A stretch of DNA of 64,000 nt from Promethearchaeota archaeon (GCA_019058245.1 JAHPZJ010000013.1:73166-137165); one strand, 5' to 3'. Counted from the first letter of the stretch, positions 19,409-29,557 are shown. The notes: generated by a model from the sequence alone, not told the origin. Numbers and translations: made by a program.

Positions 19409-21947
19409 ACTTAATCTCCTCCAATAGGTTATTATACAATTTATTAGCAGTATCAGCAAATTTATTTCCTTCAACAGCATTCAAATGTTTAAGGATTATT
19501 CGATCTTTATATTTTGGATCTATTACATTTTTTAATAGTCTGATTTTGTTTTCTATCTTTTTTACTCCATCTATATATCGACAAGCATCTTGTCTACATC
19601 CAACTATCATAACTCCATCGAAACCAAGTTCAAATGATTTAATAATAAAGTTTGTATCAATACGTCCTGTACAAGGAACTCTTACAATGAAAACATTAGG
19701 AGTATATGAAATCTTTTTTAGTCCAGCATTATCAGCTGCAGCATATCCACATGATGCACAACAGAAGGCAATGATTTTTGGATTTGATCTGAATTTTGAG
19801 AAAATCTTAATTGTCCTTAAAATTTTCTTAGAAGTATCTATATTTAGGTCTATAGCATTAGTAGGACAAATACTAGCACAAGTGCCACCCCCTTTACATT
19901 TGAATTTATCTATACTAATTTTATCCCTCTCTATTGTAATTGCATTATATGGACAAATTTTTAAACATAAACCACATAAACCACATTTATTTTCATCTAT
20001 TTCAATTCCAGTAAATTCTGCTATTAAATAATCCTTAGAAAGTAATGAAATGACTTTTAAAGCAACATTATTAGCTGTTGAAATAGTAGAATTATAATTT
20101 AAAGGACCGAAAATAGTTCCAACACCATAAATTCCGGATGCTAATGTGTCTACACTCATAAATCCGTTATTATCTAATGTAAAATCCATATATTGTCTAA
20201 GATTTTTTAAATCCTCATTTGGGATATATTTTATATTTAATACTATCAAATCGCTTTGAAATTCTATATTATCCGCAATAACATAATTTATATCTTTAGA
20301 AGATTTAATGCTAATTTTATTTGCATAAATAAATTTAGGGTTTGTAGATCTTAACAAAATCTCATCCTTATCCTTTAACCTACTTAAATCATAAAAAACA
20401 TTTACTTCACAATGAGGATTTCTTATTTTAACATCCTCAATATATTTTTCTGCTAAAATTTCAGAAAAATCTGATAGATATTTTGAAGGACCAACTTCTT
20501 GAATTATTGAAATGGAAATTATGGGCTTTTTATCTGATATCTTTACAAGTTTCCCATCAGTTAGGCCATCAGACGATAAAAGACGCTCAAATTCAGGTGA
20601 TGTTATTATATTTTTTTTTGGATTATAATTATATTCTTCTAAATCTTTATAAAAATCAGATCCAATAGCAATAACTTTAGTACCAACTTTTATTTCAATT
20701 CTTTCTTCTTTTTGATCCAAATCTATTGCTTTATTTATGCAAGCACGTTCACAAATCCTACAATTAAGACAATTCTTTAAATCTTCCTCATCTATCAAAG
20801 GAGCATAAGGATAAGAATGTATGAATGGAATATAAATTAATTTTCGATTACTTAAACCAAATTCATATTGATTTGGTTTTTCTATACTACAAACAGAAAT
20901 ACATTGTTTACATCCTGTACATTTTTTTACATCAACATATCTAGGTTTTTTAATCATATTAATTGTGAAATTTCCAACTTCTCCTGTTACGTTTTCGATT
21001 TCTGTATTTGTGAATATTTTTATATTTTTTTCATTAACTAACTCTGCTATTAATTCAGAAATAAAACATATTGAACAATCACCCATATTATGAATTCTGT
21101 GCCATCTAGCTACCTTACCTCCTAAGGTTGGTGATTTTTCAATAAGATATACTTTTATTCCTGCTCGTGCTAAATTTAAAGATAAAGTTATACCAGCAAT
21201 TCCTCCACCTAAAACAGCACAACTTTTCTCAATTTCAACTCTCTTTACTTTTATTTTTTTTTGAAAACTTACACGTTCAACAGCTGCCTCAATTAATAAC
21301 TTCCCTTTTTCTAGAGGAAGTGATAGATTGTTTTGTTCATCATTTGGTTGATGTACCCAACAACATTGTTCTCTAATATTAGCAATTTCAATATTAGTAT
21401 GATCAATAATATCTTCAAAAATTCTTTCAAAAAGATTTTGGTGAGTTTTAGGAGAACAAGCAGCTATAACTATTTTATTTATAAAATTATCTTTTACCCA
21501 ATTACGAATTTTCTCAAAGTTTTTTTGCTGACAAAGGTTTTCAAATACTTTTACCGAAACTACTTTTTTTAATTTATTTACGTAATTTTCAAGTGCTTTT
21601 ATATTAATTACATTTGAAATTTCTGTATTACAATTACAAATAATTACTCCAACACGACTTATTTCGCTTCTCTTTGAATCAAAATACTCGTCAATAAATT
21701 CTCCTGCTAAAATTCTCTTATTAAGATTAATAATTTTTAAAACACGTTTACCATCTTCTGTGAGAAAATATGCTTTATTGTCCTTACCTATTAATGAACC
21801 AATCTTTTTAAGGTGAAAATTTAATTGTCCAGTCGTATCTAAATTGAGTTTTTCCATTAATTCGGTATATGGAATATATCCTTCTTTTTCTAAAAGAAAT
21901 AAAATCTTTCGTCTAAACGGATGAGATAATATTGAATATATATCCAT
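19398..21947 (-). CDS. winged-HTH / degenerate HdrA / MvhD triple fusion protein
   Basis: N-terminal ArsR-like wHTH (SHPFRRKILFLL..LNFHLKKI..YFLTEDG); HdrA motifs (ICNC, ACSP, NIREQCCWVH, GGGIAG, ferredoxin repeats, EFERL); C-terminal MvhD (FCC..C, RVPCTGRID, GC...CRY). Confidence 0.88.
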   Translation of the reverse strand: MDIYSILSHPFRRKILFLLEKEGYIPYTELMEKLNLDTTGQLNFHLKKIGSLIGKDNKAYFLTEDGKRVLKIINLNKRILAGEFIDEYFDSKRSEISRVGVIICNCNTEISNVINIKALENYVNKLKKVVSVKVFENLCQQKNFEKIRNWVKDNFINKIVIAACSPKTHQNLFERIFEDIIDHTNIEIANIREQCCWVHQPNDEQNNLSLPLEKGKLLIEAAVERVSFQKKIKVKRVEIEKSCAVLGGGIAGITLSLNLARAGIKVYLIEKSPTLGGKVARWHRIHNMGDCSICFISELIAELVNEKNIKIFTNTEIENVTGEVGNFTINMIKKPRYVDVKKCTGCKQCISVCSIEKPNQYEFGLSNRKLIYIPFIHSYPYAPLIDEEDLKNCLNCRICERACINKAIDLDQKEERIEIKVGTKVIAIGSDFYKDLEEYNYNPKKNIITSPEFERLLSSDGLTDGKLVKISDKKPIISISIIQEVGPSKYLSDFSEILAEKYIEDVKIRNPHCEVNVFYDLSRLKDKDEILLRSTNPKFIYANKISIKSSKDINYVIADNIEFQSDLIVLNIKYIPNEDLKNLRQYMDFTLDNNGFMSVDTLASGIYGVGTIFGPLNYNSTISTANNVALKVISLLSKDYLIAEFTGIEIDENKCGLCGLCLKICPYNAITIERDKISIDKFKCKGGGTCASICPTNAIDLNIDTSKKILRTIKIFSKFRSNPKIIAFCCASCGYAAADNAGLKKISYTPNVFIVRVPCTGRIDTNFIIKSFELGFDGVMIVGCRQDACRYIDGVKKIENKIRLLKNVIDPKYKDRIILKHLNAVEGNKFADTANKLYNNLLEEIKYEA

Positions 21948-22033
21948 TTTATTAATTCACCTTTTTTTCTGATATAAGAGACCTATTTTAATATTTCCTT
22001 TTATGATAATTTTAATAATTTTTTTTTTCCCTA

Positions 22034-22064
22034 TGATTAATATTATTGTCAGATTATTTAAATA
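22034..22064. promoter_or_regulatory. TATA-like TATTTAAATA next to a TGA(T/C)(T/A)A-N6-TTGTCA site, upstream of the HTH-hdrA operon
   Basis: The 16-mer TATTATTGTCAGATTA is identical at 22041-22056 and 29542-29557. Confidence 0.5.
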
Positions 22065-22453
22065 TGATCTATTTGGTCTATCTGATTATCAATATTGATA
22101 GAGTAATATGTACCAATACTCTATATTATATTATGTGAATGCTAAATATGGTTTCGGAAAAGGATCAAATAGAGATCAGATCAATAAAAATAGTAAATAA
22201 ATAATAAACAAATTTGTCAAAATAATTATAACTTTTTAATTAAAATTCCTTGAATTGTTATTCTCTGGTTGGATAATAGGAACATATTCTTAGAAAAAAT
22301 TATAATTACTTTTATGTAAATCTTCTTAATAAATTAGTATTCAAAATTTCAATAACAAAATGTGGTGATTTCTTTAAAATATTAAGAATAATTTCCTTGA
22401 ATTATAGATATGATACCCATAATAAATTTTGATTAAGATTTCTTAATCTAAAT

Positions 22454-23569
22454 TTAATTCTTAGTTTTTAAGGAAATTAATTTTTTAAACCACTCTAATT
22501 TTTGGTTCTTCCACTGAATAGTCTTGTCAAATGGAACAATAAATTGTTCGATTATATCTTTTGAAAACATGCTATTTATTACTTTTTCACCACGTTCACT
22601 CCGAATTAATATCATAGAATATCCTTCTGGAGCACCAGATGCCCCAACGCTGATATCTGTAAATCGCCCTGTGAATTCATCACACTCAAGGCAATTACTT
22701 CTGACAGCGGGATTTAGAGTTTTTATGTCAATTTCATATTGTTTTTTGTCTTTGGTTTGGAGAAAAAAATTCTTTTTTATCCATGTTTTTTTGATATTGG
22801 TTGGATCAACATTAGTTTCTCTTTCTATAATATCATATAATTGAGAATGATTAAAATTTTCAAAGCAGAAAAGACCAATATTATATTTAATTATGTGAGC
22901 AGGTTTAACATCTAGGAATTTCATTTTACTTATAGCCCTACATTGGCAGGGAGTACCGATAAATGCTATTCTAAGCTGGTCAGTATTAAATATCTCCTTT
23001 TTCTTAAGAATTTCCTGTGGTAATTTATTTATATTTTTTAATGGAAATATTTGAGGAGAAATGGAATATCGTGTACCTGCTGATTTAAATAAATCTTCTT
23101 TATTAAATATAATTTTTGGAATAGGTTCAAAATTATCATTGAACTCTGAAACAATAGCGGCATCAATTTTATGCTTCTCAAAAAGATAAATAAGAATTGC
23201 TGATACTATTCCTCCGTTTTGTCCAATTTCTTTTAATGTTGAATTTGTTGTTTTAGCAGCCAGGATTTTTCTAATATGTCCTATTTTATCGTGAACATAA
23301 TAATTATTATTTAATTCCTTCATTAATGTTTTAGTTTGAGGACATATATAATAACAAATACCACATTTATTGCAATTATCAATACTCTTTTTAGATTTAA
23401 ACCTAGGCGTATTATCAATCATCTCGATAACATCAAAACCTTGACTTTCGCAATAAGCTATACATGCTCCGCATGCACAACATTTTTCATTTTGAATTAT
23501 TTCATTTTCAAGATCCTCAAAAGTGGGTATATTACTTCTTATTACTTTTTGAAATTCTGATTCAGTCAT
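22454..23569 (-). CDS. FrhB/FdhB-family F420-binding flavoprotein with N-terminal 2x[4Fe-4S] ferredoxin
   Basis: Two CxxCxxCxxxC motifs, GQNGGIVSAIL, AGTRY, GTPCQ, IGLFC, C..C..F....DISVG..G. Confidence 0.9.
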   Translation of the reverse strand: MTESEFQKVIRSNIPTFEDLENEIIQNEKCCACGACIAYCESQGFDVIEMIDNTPRFKSKKSIDNCNKCGICYYICPQTKTLMKELNNNYYVHDKIGHIRKILAAKTTNSTLKEIGQNGGIVSAILIYLFEKHKIDAAIVSEFNDNFEPIPKIIFNKEDLFKSAGTRYSISPQIFPLKNINKLPQEILKKKEIFNTDQLRIAFIGTPCQCRAISKMKFLDVKPAHIIKYNIGLFCFENFNHSQLYDIIERETNVDPTNIKKTWIKKNFFLQTKDKKQYEIDIKTLNPAVRSNCLECDEFTGRFTDISVGASGAPEGYSMILIRSERGEKVINSMFSKDIIEQFIVPFDKTIQWKNQKLEWFKKLISLKTKN

Positions 23570-23584
23570 TTTTTTTTCCTCTTT

Positions 23585-24064
23585 TTAATTTTTTTTGATA
23601 TTATAATCTAATTCAATTATTCCAGATTTTTTTGGAATTTTCAATTCTCCTAAATCAATAATTTTATTTGTAAAATCTGTAATTAGCTCAGAAAATTGTT
23701 TTCCTTCACTTGCTGAAATAGAGTATAGTTCAAATCGTTCTTCCTCAATTCCAATATATTTAATTAACTTTTTTAAATGCTCCATTCTATTTTGTGTATA
23801 CTTGAATCCTTTTATATAATGACAGTCACCCATATGACAGCCAATAACTAACACTCCATCTATTCCATTATTAAATGCCCTTAAAACAAACGTGGGCTCA
23901 ACTCTACTAGAACACATAACTCTAATAATCCTAATATTTGGCGGATATTGGAATCTCGAAACCCCCGCTAAGTCAGCTCCCGCATAACTACACCAATTAC
24001 AACAAAATACTAGAATATTAGGTTCATATTCATATTGACTTGCTTTTTTAGTTTTCAACAACAT
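23585..24064 (-). CDS. mvhD: MvhD [2Fe-2S] adaptor subunit
   Basis: FCCNWCSYAGAD, RVMCSSRV, GCHMGDCHY, SASEG; ATG at 24064 after GGAGGA. Confidence 0.93.
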   Translation of the reverse strand: MLLKTKKASQYEYEPNILVFCCNWCSYAGADLAGVSRFQYPPNIRIIRVMCSSRVEPTFVLRAFNNGIDGVLVIGCHMGDCHYIKGFKYTQNRMEHLKKLIKYIGIEEERFELYSISASEGKQFSELITDFTNKIIDLGELKIPKKSGIIELDYNIKKN

Positions 24065-27000
24065 AATTCCTCCTAAATTTAATAGATTCATATTCTAATA
24101 GATCTATATTGGACATTAAATCAATCATTTTATTAATTTGGAACTTACTAAAATGATTCTGATCAATAGCTCCAACGGAACATTCTGTAACACATGATCC
24201 ACATCCTTTACAAAGTGCTTTAATTATATGCGCTTTTCTTAACTTCATGCTATATAGACCCATTTGTTTATTACTCTCAATTATTTCTATTGCATTGTAT
24301 GGGCAAACTTCAATACATTTACCACATCCAATGCATTTTTCTTCATTTATATGAGAAGTAATGCATTCTGTTTCTATTTCACCTTTCACCATTATTATTG
24401 CGGCTCTCCCTGCTGCGCCATATGCTTGGATGATACTCTCTTGAATCCATTTGGGCCAATGAGCACCACCACAAAGAAAGATTCCTTCTGTAGCAAAATC
24501 TATTGGCCTGAGTTTCGCATCAGCTTCTAAGAAAAATCCATCTTTATTTGTTGTTACTTTTAACATTTTTGATAATCTTTTAGTATCTTTAGTAGGAACG
24601 TTAGGAGTTGCTAATATTAATAAATCGGTATCGTACTCAATATCCGTTTGAGCACTTATATTTTTATACTTAATATGAAAGTGATTATTTATACTATTAA
24701 TTTTGATATCATCAATCGATTGATATCTTTCATAAGTAGCTTTATTTCGAAGCCCTCGACATAGATTTTCTGCATTTAAATCTGAAAATTGAAGTTCTCT
24801 ATATAAAATATGAATTTGCGCATCAGGATTAATTTTCAATAATTTTTCTATATTTTTTAAGGCTACTCCACAACATATATTTGAGCAATATGTTTTTGTA
24901 TAACTTGCGTTATTATATTTATCTTTTCTTTGATCTACGCATAATATTATAGTGGCATCTTTAAACTTAGGAACTTCCTCATCTTTCATTCCAGTCAGTT
25001 CTGTTTGAGTAAATACACGATTGGGATGCTTTTCTGCTAAATCTTTCCATTTGATTGTTTTAATCTGCTTAGTTCCTGTAGCAATTATTATAGTGCCAAC
25101 CTTTATTATTTGTTCTTCAGAATTGTCTTTTGTATTTTTAACTTTTACATGATAATTTCCCACATAACCTTGAACATCAATAATTTCTGTGTTAAATAAA
25201 ATTTTGACATTTGAATTATTTTTTAAATCATCAATTTGCTGCAAAATTTCATTTTTAGTAATAGCTATATAATATAGATCAACAAATTCTAGTGCACTAC
25301 CACCAAGAGTAGCTTTATTGTCGATAAGATACACTTTGAATCCTTGATTTGCTAAATTATGAGCAGCAGTTATACCTGATAGTCCAGCACCGATTACCAT
25401 TGTTGATTTTTCAACTTTGACTTTAATAGTTTCTAATGGTTTTAAATTAATTACTTTGGCTAAATACATTCTAATTAAATCACAAGCCTTTCTAGTAGCC
25501 TTTTCAGGTTCCTTCATATGTACCCAAGAAGCTTGATTTCTTATATTAACTAATTCAAATAAATATGGGTTCAATCCAACCTCTCTGAGAGTATTTTTAA
25601 AAAGTTGTTCATGTGTTCGAGGAGTACAAGATGCAACAATGAATCTATTGAGTTTATGTTTCAAAATTAATTTTTTAATTAGTTCTTGGGAATCAGAACT
25701 ACATGAATACATATTTTCTTCAACATGGACTACATATGGTAATTTAGAGACATACTCTACTACTTTAGGAACATCGACAATACCTCCGATATTTATCCCA
25801 CATTGGCAGACTAATACACCTACGCGAGGCTCATCTTCTAAACTTACTGGTATTTCAGGAGGATACTTAACTTTCTGTATATTTTTAAATCTTAGAGAAT
25901 AAAATTTTTCACTTATTTTAGCGGCGCAAGCAGAACCTTCTGCAACAGCCATTTGAATATCATTAGGTTTACGTGAATTACCAGTTACAAATACATTCTT
26001 TTTCTCAAGTAACTTTATATCTTCTTCACGAATATATCCTAAATGATTCTTATCTAAATTGAGTTGTTTTAAAAATTCATAATAAGATGGAGCTGGAGAC
26101 AAGGCACTAGCTAATACAGCCATGTCAACTTCAAAATTGTCAACTGTACCTCTATTAATATCTTCATAATATAATCTTAATTTTCCATTATCTAAATTTT
26201 CTTTAATATATGAAACGTGACCATTTATATATTTAACATCATATTCATCTTTACTCTTTTCAATAAATTCATTAAAATTTTTACCTTTTGCTCTTATTTC
26301 TGTATTAAAAATATAACATTCTATATTTGGATCATGTTCCTTACATACAATTGCTTCTTTAGCTGAATTCATACAACATATCGCTGAACAATATTTTTTA
26401 CATTCAGGATGATGAAAATCTCGAGATCCTACACATTGAATAAATGCGATTGAATCAGGGTGCTTTTTATCATCTAATCTTAATATTTGCCCTACAGTAG
26501 GTCCATTTGCGGATAATAGACGTTCAAATTGCATATTAGACAAAACATTGGGAGATTCCCCTGCAAAATTTTTGTATACTTCTGGCATTTGCTGACTTGT
26601 TCCTGTAGCAATAACAATGGCTCCTACATTTAGAGTTATTTCTTCTGGTTTTTGAAAAAAATCTATAGCATCCGCGCTACAAACTTTGGCACAAAGTCCA
26701 CATATTTGATGATTTAGATATAAACATCTTGATTCATCAATAAGATATACTGGAGGTACTGATGATGGAAAAGGAATATATACAGCAGCTCGGGTTTTTA
26801 AATTGGTATCAAAATCACTAGGGATTCCTCTAACTGGACAAATATTTTCACAATCACCACATCCCTTACAAATATTTTCGTTTATATATCTTGGTTTTTT
26901 AATAACCGTAATTTTATAATCTCCAGCAGTTCCATCGATTTTTTTAACGTATGAATAAGTTAACAATTCGATATTCGGATCTCTATACACATCAACCATT

Positions 27001-27191
27001 TTTGGTGCTAGGATACATAAACTACAATCAAGCGTAGGGTATATTTTATCTAATTGTGCCATCGTTCCGCCAATAGTTGGTTTAATTTCAACTAAATATA
27101 CCTTAAATCCTAATTTTGTTAAATCTAGGGATGCTTGTATACCAGAAATTCCTCCTCCTATAACCAAAACATCACTCTGGAAATTTGACAT
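24048..27191 (-). CDS. hdrA: heterodisulfide reductase subunit A, long form with two FAD modules
   Basis: GGGISG, DKIYPTLDCSLCIL, QCVGSRD..CSAICC, VCQCGINIG, SCTPRTHE, second GAGLSG, CSNICC, GFFLEADAKLRP, C-terminal 2x CxxCxxC. Confidence 0.93.
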   Translation of the reverse strand: MSNFQSDVLVIGGGISGIQASLDLTKLGFKVYLVEIKPTIGGTMAQLDKIYPTLDCSLCILAPKMVDVYRDPNIELLTYSYVKKIDGTAGDYKITVIKKPRYINENICKGCGDCENICPVRGIPSDFDTNLKTRAAVYIPFPSSVPPVYLIDESRCLYLNHQICGLCAKVCSADAIDFFQKPEEITLNVGAIVIATGTSQQMPEVYKNFAGESPNVLSNMQFERLLSANGPTVGQILRLDDKKHPDSIAFIQCVGSRDFHHPECKKYCSAICCMNSAKEAIVCKEHDPNIECYIFNTEIRAKGKNFNEFIEKSKDEYDVKYINGHVSYIKENLDNGKLRLYYEDINRGTVDNFEVDMAVLASALSPAPSYYEFLKQLNLDKNHLGYIREEDIKLLEKKNVFVTGNSRKPNDIQMAVAEGSACAAKISEKFYSLRFKNIQKVKYPPEIPVSLEDEPRVGVLVCQCGINIGGIVDVPKVVEYVSKLPYVVHVEENMYSCSSDSQELIKKLILKHKLNRFIVASCTPRTHEQLFKNTLREVGLNPYLFELVNIRNQASWVHMKEPEKATRKACDLIRMYLAKVINLKPLETIKVKVEKSTMVIGAGLSGITAAHNLANQGFKVYLIDNKATLGGSALEFVDLYYIAITKNEILQQIDDLKNNSNVKILFNTEIIDVQGYVGNYHVKVKNTKDNSEEQIIKVGTIIIATGTKQIKTIKWKDLAEKHPNRVFTQTELTGMKDEEVPKFKDATIILCVDQRKDKYNNASYTKTYCSNICCGVALKNIEKLLKINPDAQIHILYRELQFSDLNAENLCRGLRNKATYERYQSIDDIKINSINNHFHIKYKNISAQTDIEYDTDLLILATPNVPTKDTKRLSKMLKVTTNKDGFFLEADAKLRPIDFATEGIFLCGGAHWPKWIQESIIQAYGAAGRAAIIMVKGEIETECITSHINEEKCIGCGKCIEVCPYNAIEIIESNKQMGLYSMKLRKAHIIKALCKGCGSCVTECSVGAIDQNHFSKFQINKMIDLMSNIDLLEYESIKFRRNYVVEN

Positions 27192-27233
27192 ATAAAATAG
27201 TTTTTAAAAATTTTTTTTTAATTTTATTTTAAC

Positions 27234-28439
27234 CTATATAATCATTAACAATTTGCCTATAAAACTGGCTAAATCAATTACTTTTATATTACTAGAAAAT
27301 TCATTATGCTCTTTATTGAGAGACAATTCATTTAAATAACAATTAAAATGTGTTAGACATTTAGGACAAGGAACAATTAAATATTCAGCTCCAGTTTCAA
27401 TCGCTTCATTAATACGATTTTGTCTTATATAACGTGTGTATTCACTACAATTTGTAAATGCTGAAACGCCACAACAATTAGCATCATCTTTAATATTTTC
27501 CATTTCAATTAATTTTACACCTGGAATTTTTTTTATTAATTCTCTAGGAGTATCATACAATTTTCCTCCTAGGCGTCCTAATCGGCAAGAATCGTGATAT
27601 GTTACATTAATCTTAGAATTATGCGTATATTTTATATTTTCAAGAATATTTTCTCTAAGAAAGAATTCGGAAAAATGTAAAACTTCAAAATCAAAGTCTT
27701 TAATAATTTTCGGATAATCATATTTCCATGTTCTATATCCTTCAGCGCATCCAACAATAATAGTCTTTACTCCTGCATTTTTATAAAGTTGAGTATTATA
27801 TTCAGCAAGCTTTCTAAATGTTTCATTATCGCCTCTACCCCATAAAATATCATGTCCACAACATTTTTCATCTAGAACTACTGGATTTATACCATTTTCA
27901 TTAAGTAAATTTATAATTGTTACAGGAATATCCGTATAATTGATATCAAAATTATAGAAAAGATCATCCATTATAGATAAGCATCCAACAAAATATGCAA
28001 TTTCGCCTGAAGTTGTAGTTTTTAATTCATTTTTCTCTAGAAAATCTAACTTATTTGGACTTGAAGGATTATGTGCCATAATTTTAGAAATCAAAGTGAA
28101 AATATCATTATGAGTTTCGCATTTAACAATCTTTTTTATTTCTGAATTGTTTTTATTTGAAATTTTTCTTAATTCTAAAATCAATTCTGGTATTCTCACA
28201 CCCTGATTTTCACGTGTCATAGGACAGTAAATTGAACATTGTCCACAAGTTAGACAATTCCAAATATTATTTTTTGCTATAACTTCTTCCATTGTAAAAA
28301 AGTTTAAATCTGAAACTAAATCTTTAGGATAAAAGACGTCTAAGTGGGAAAGTGGACATACATTAACACAACGATTACAACTATAGCAATAATTAGTAAA
28401 AGAACTTATATTTTTAATTATTTCTTGAGAATCTAACAC
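27234..28439 (-). CDS. HdrD-like Fe-S oxidoreductase (4Fe-4S dicluster plus two CCG domains)
   Basis: CYSCNRCVNVCP, CLTCGQCSIYCP, YFVGC, KCCG, YHDSCRLGR, NCCG, PCPKC. Confidence 0.9.
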   Translation of the reverse strand: MLDSQEIIKNISSFTNYCYSCNRCVNVCPLSHLDVFYPKDLVSDLNFFTMEEVIAKNNIWNCLTCGQCSIYCPMTRENQGVRIPELILELRKISNKNNSEIKKIVKCETHNDIFTLISKIMAHNPSSPNKLDFLEKNELKTTTSGEIAYFVGCLSIMDDLFYNFDINYTDIPVTIINLLNENGINPVVLDEKCCGHDILWGRGDNETFRKLAEYNTQLYKNAGVKTIIVGCAEGYRTWKYDYPKIIKDFDFEVLHFSEFFLRENILENIKYTHNSKINVTYHDSCRLGRLGGKLYDTPRELIKKIPGVKLIEMENIKDDANCCGVSAFTNCSEYTRYIRQNRINEAIETGAEYLIVPCPKCLTHFNCYLNELSLNKEHNEFSSNIKVIDLASFIGKLLMII

Positions 28440-28471
28440 ATTTATAGCCCCGTATTCAAATTATTGAAGAA

Positions 28472-28645
28472 TTATATTCCAGTACCGAAATAGAAATAAC
28501 CACAATTAAAACATTGATATCCGCTTGGTGCCTTATGTCTATAGATGTAACAATCGTCTTCAATTTTAGCCCCACAAATGGGACAAATATCTTCTTTTAC
28601 TTTCTGCTTTATTAAAACTTTTATCTCATCTGCTTTTATCATCAT
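28472..28645 (-). CDS. small Zn-ribbon protein (57 aa, not in the ORF track)
   Basis: Hand translation MMIKADEIKVLIKQKVKEDICPICGAKIEDDCYIYRHKAPSGYQCFNCGYFYFGTGI; same strand as, and 32 bp before, the hdrD-like gene. Confidence 0.7.
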   Translation of the reverse strand: MMIKADEIKVLIKQKVKEDICPICGAKIEDDCYIYRHKAPSGYQCFNCGYFYFGTGI

Positions 28646-29534
28646 AATATTTCAATTTTTAGAAAATTTCTTTTTTTTTTAATCTTAAAATTTCAATTTC
28701 AAAATTTTATTATAAATTAAATTAATTCTCTTAATTTGGGTTGGTTTTTGTAAAATATTAACAATTCTGAGCGACCTTATCATAAATAAATTTCTTTAAA
28801 AATTTATTTATCATCATGATTAGAATGGTAATCAAACTATAAAAATATTAACTTTTAGTTAATGAAGAAGAAACTTTTATTTAACAAAAATAAAATTGAA
28901 TGTAAAAAATAGATCAATTTGACCATTCTCAATATTTAAAACCATGTTAGATTCACTAGATAAACTTACTTTTTTATTAACAATACCGACAATTCTGGCA
29001 ATTATAACTATCCAATATAATAATTTATTTTCATTTTCCTAATATTAAAATAGAATCTTGTAGAAATCCATCTATAATTATGACTATTATGATAAATAGA
29101 ATATAAAAACATTAATTATTAGTTCTTAAAATGGCAGTTTATATTATCTAAAAGCAAATCTAAGAATAAGAATTAGACCAATTTAATGATTTTCAATAAA
29201 AAGATTATAAAAAACCATAATATATAATACCCTTTCCAAAAGTCTTACTGATATTTCCGAATCTATAACTACTAGAATCTATAAATCTATGCAATTTTTC
29301 TAATAGTGTTTTAAAATTTTATACTATTTTAAAAGTAGTTTTTTATATTATATTCGATAATATCAATTTTGTTTAGAAATTTATTTCAATTTTTTGCATA
29401 TAAAAAAAAAAAAGAATTGAAATTATATGATTATATTTTTTTTCAAATAAAATTTTAAAATATATACAGTTGTCTATAAAATTGAATAAAATCCATTTTT
29501 TCTTATGAATACAAAAATGACAAAAAAAAAATAT

Positions 29535-29557
29535 TGACAACTATTATTGTCAGATTA
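29535..29557. promoter_or_regulatory. inverted repeat TGACAA-N6-TTGTCA, putative operator
   Basis: Perfect arms at 29535-29552 in the 1-kb divergent intergenic region; shares a 16-mer with 22041-22056. Confidence 0.5.

Noticed and set aside
22246-22403. 11-bp direct repeat TTCCTTGAATT (two copies) in the frhB to HTH-hdrA spacer
   Set aside because: Only two short copies in AT-rich DNA, with no further support.
17343-28439. Selenocysteine forms of HdrA, MvhD or MvhA/VhuU
   Set aside because: The reading frames are uninterrupted with Cys at the motif positions; no in-frame TGA.
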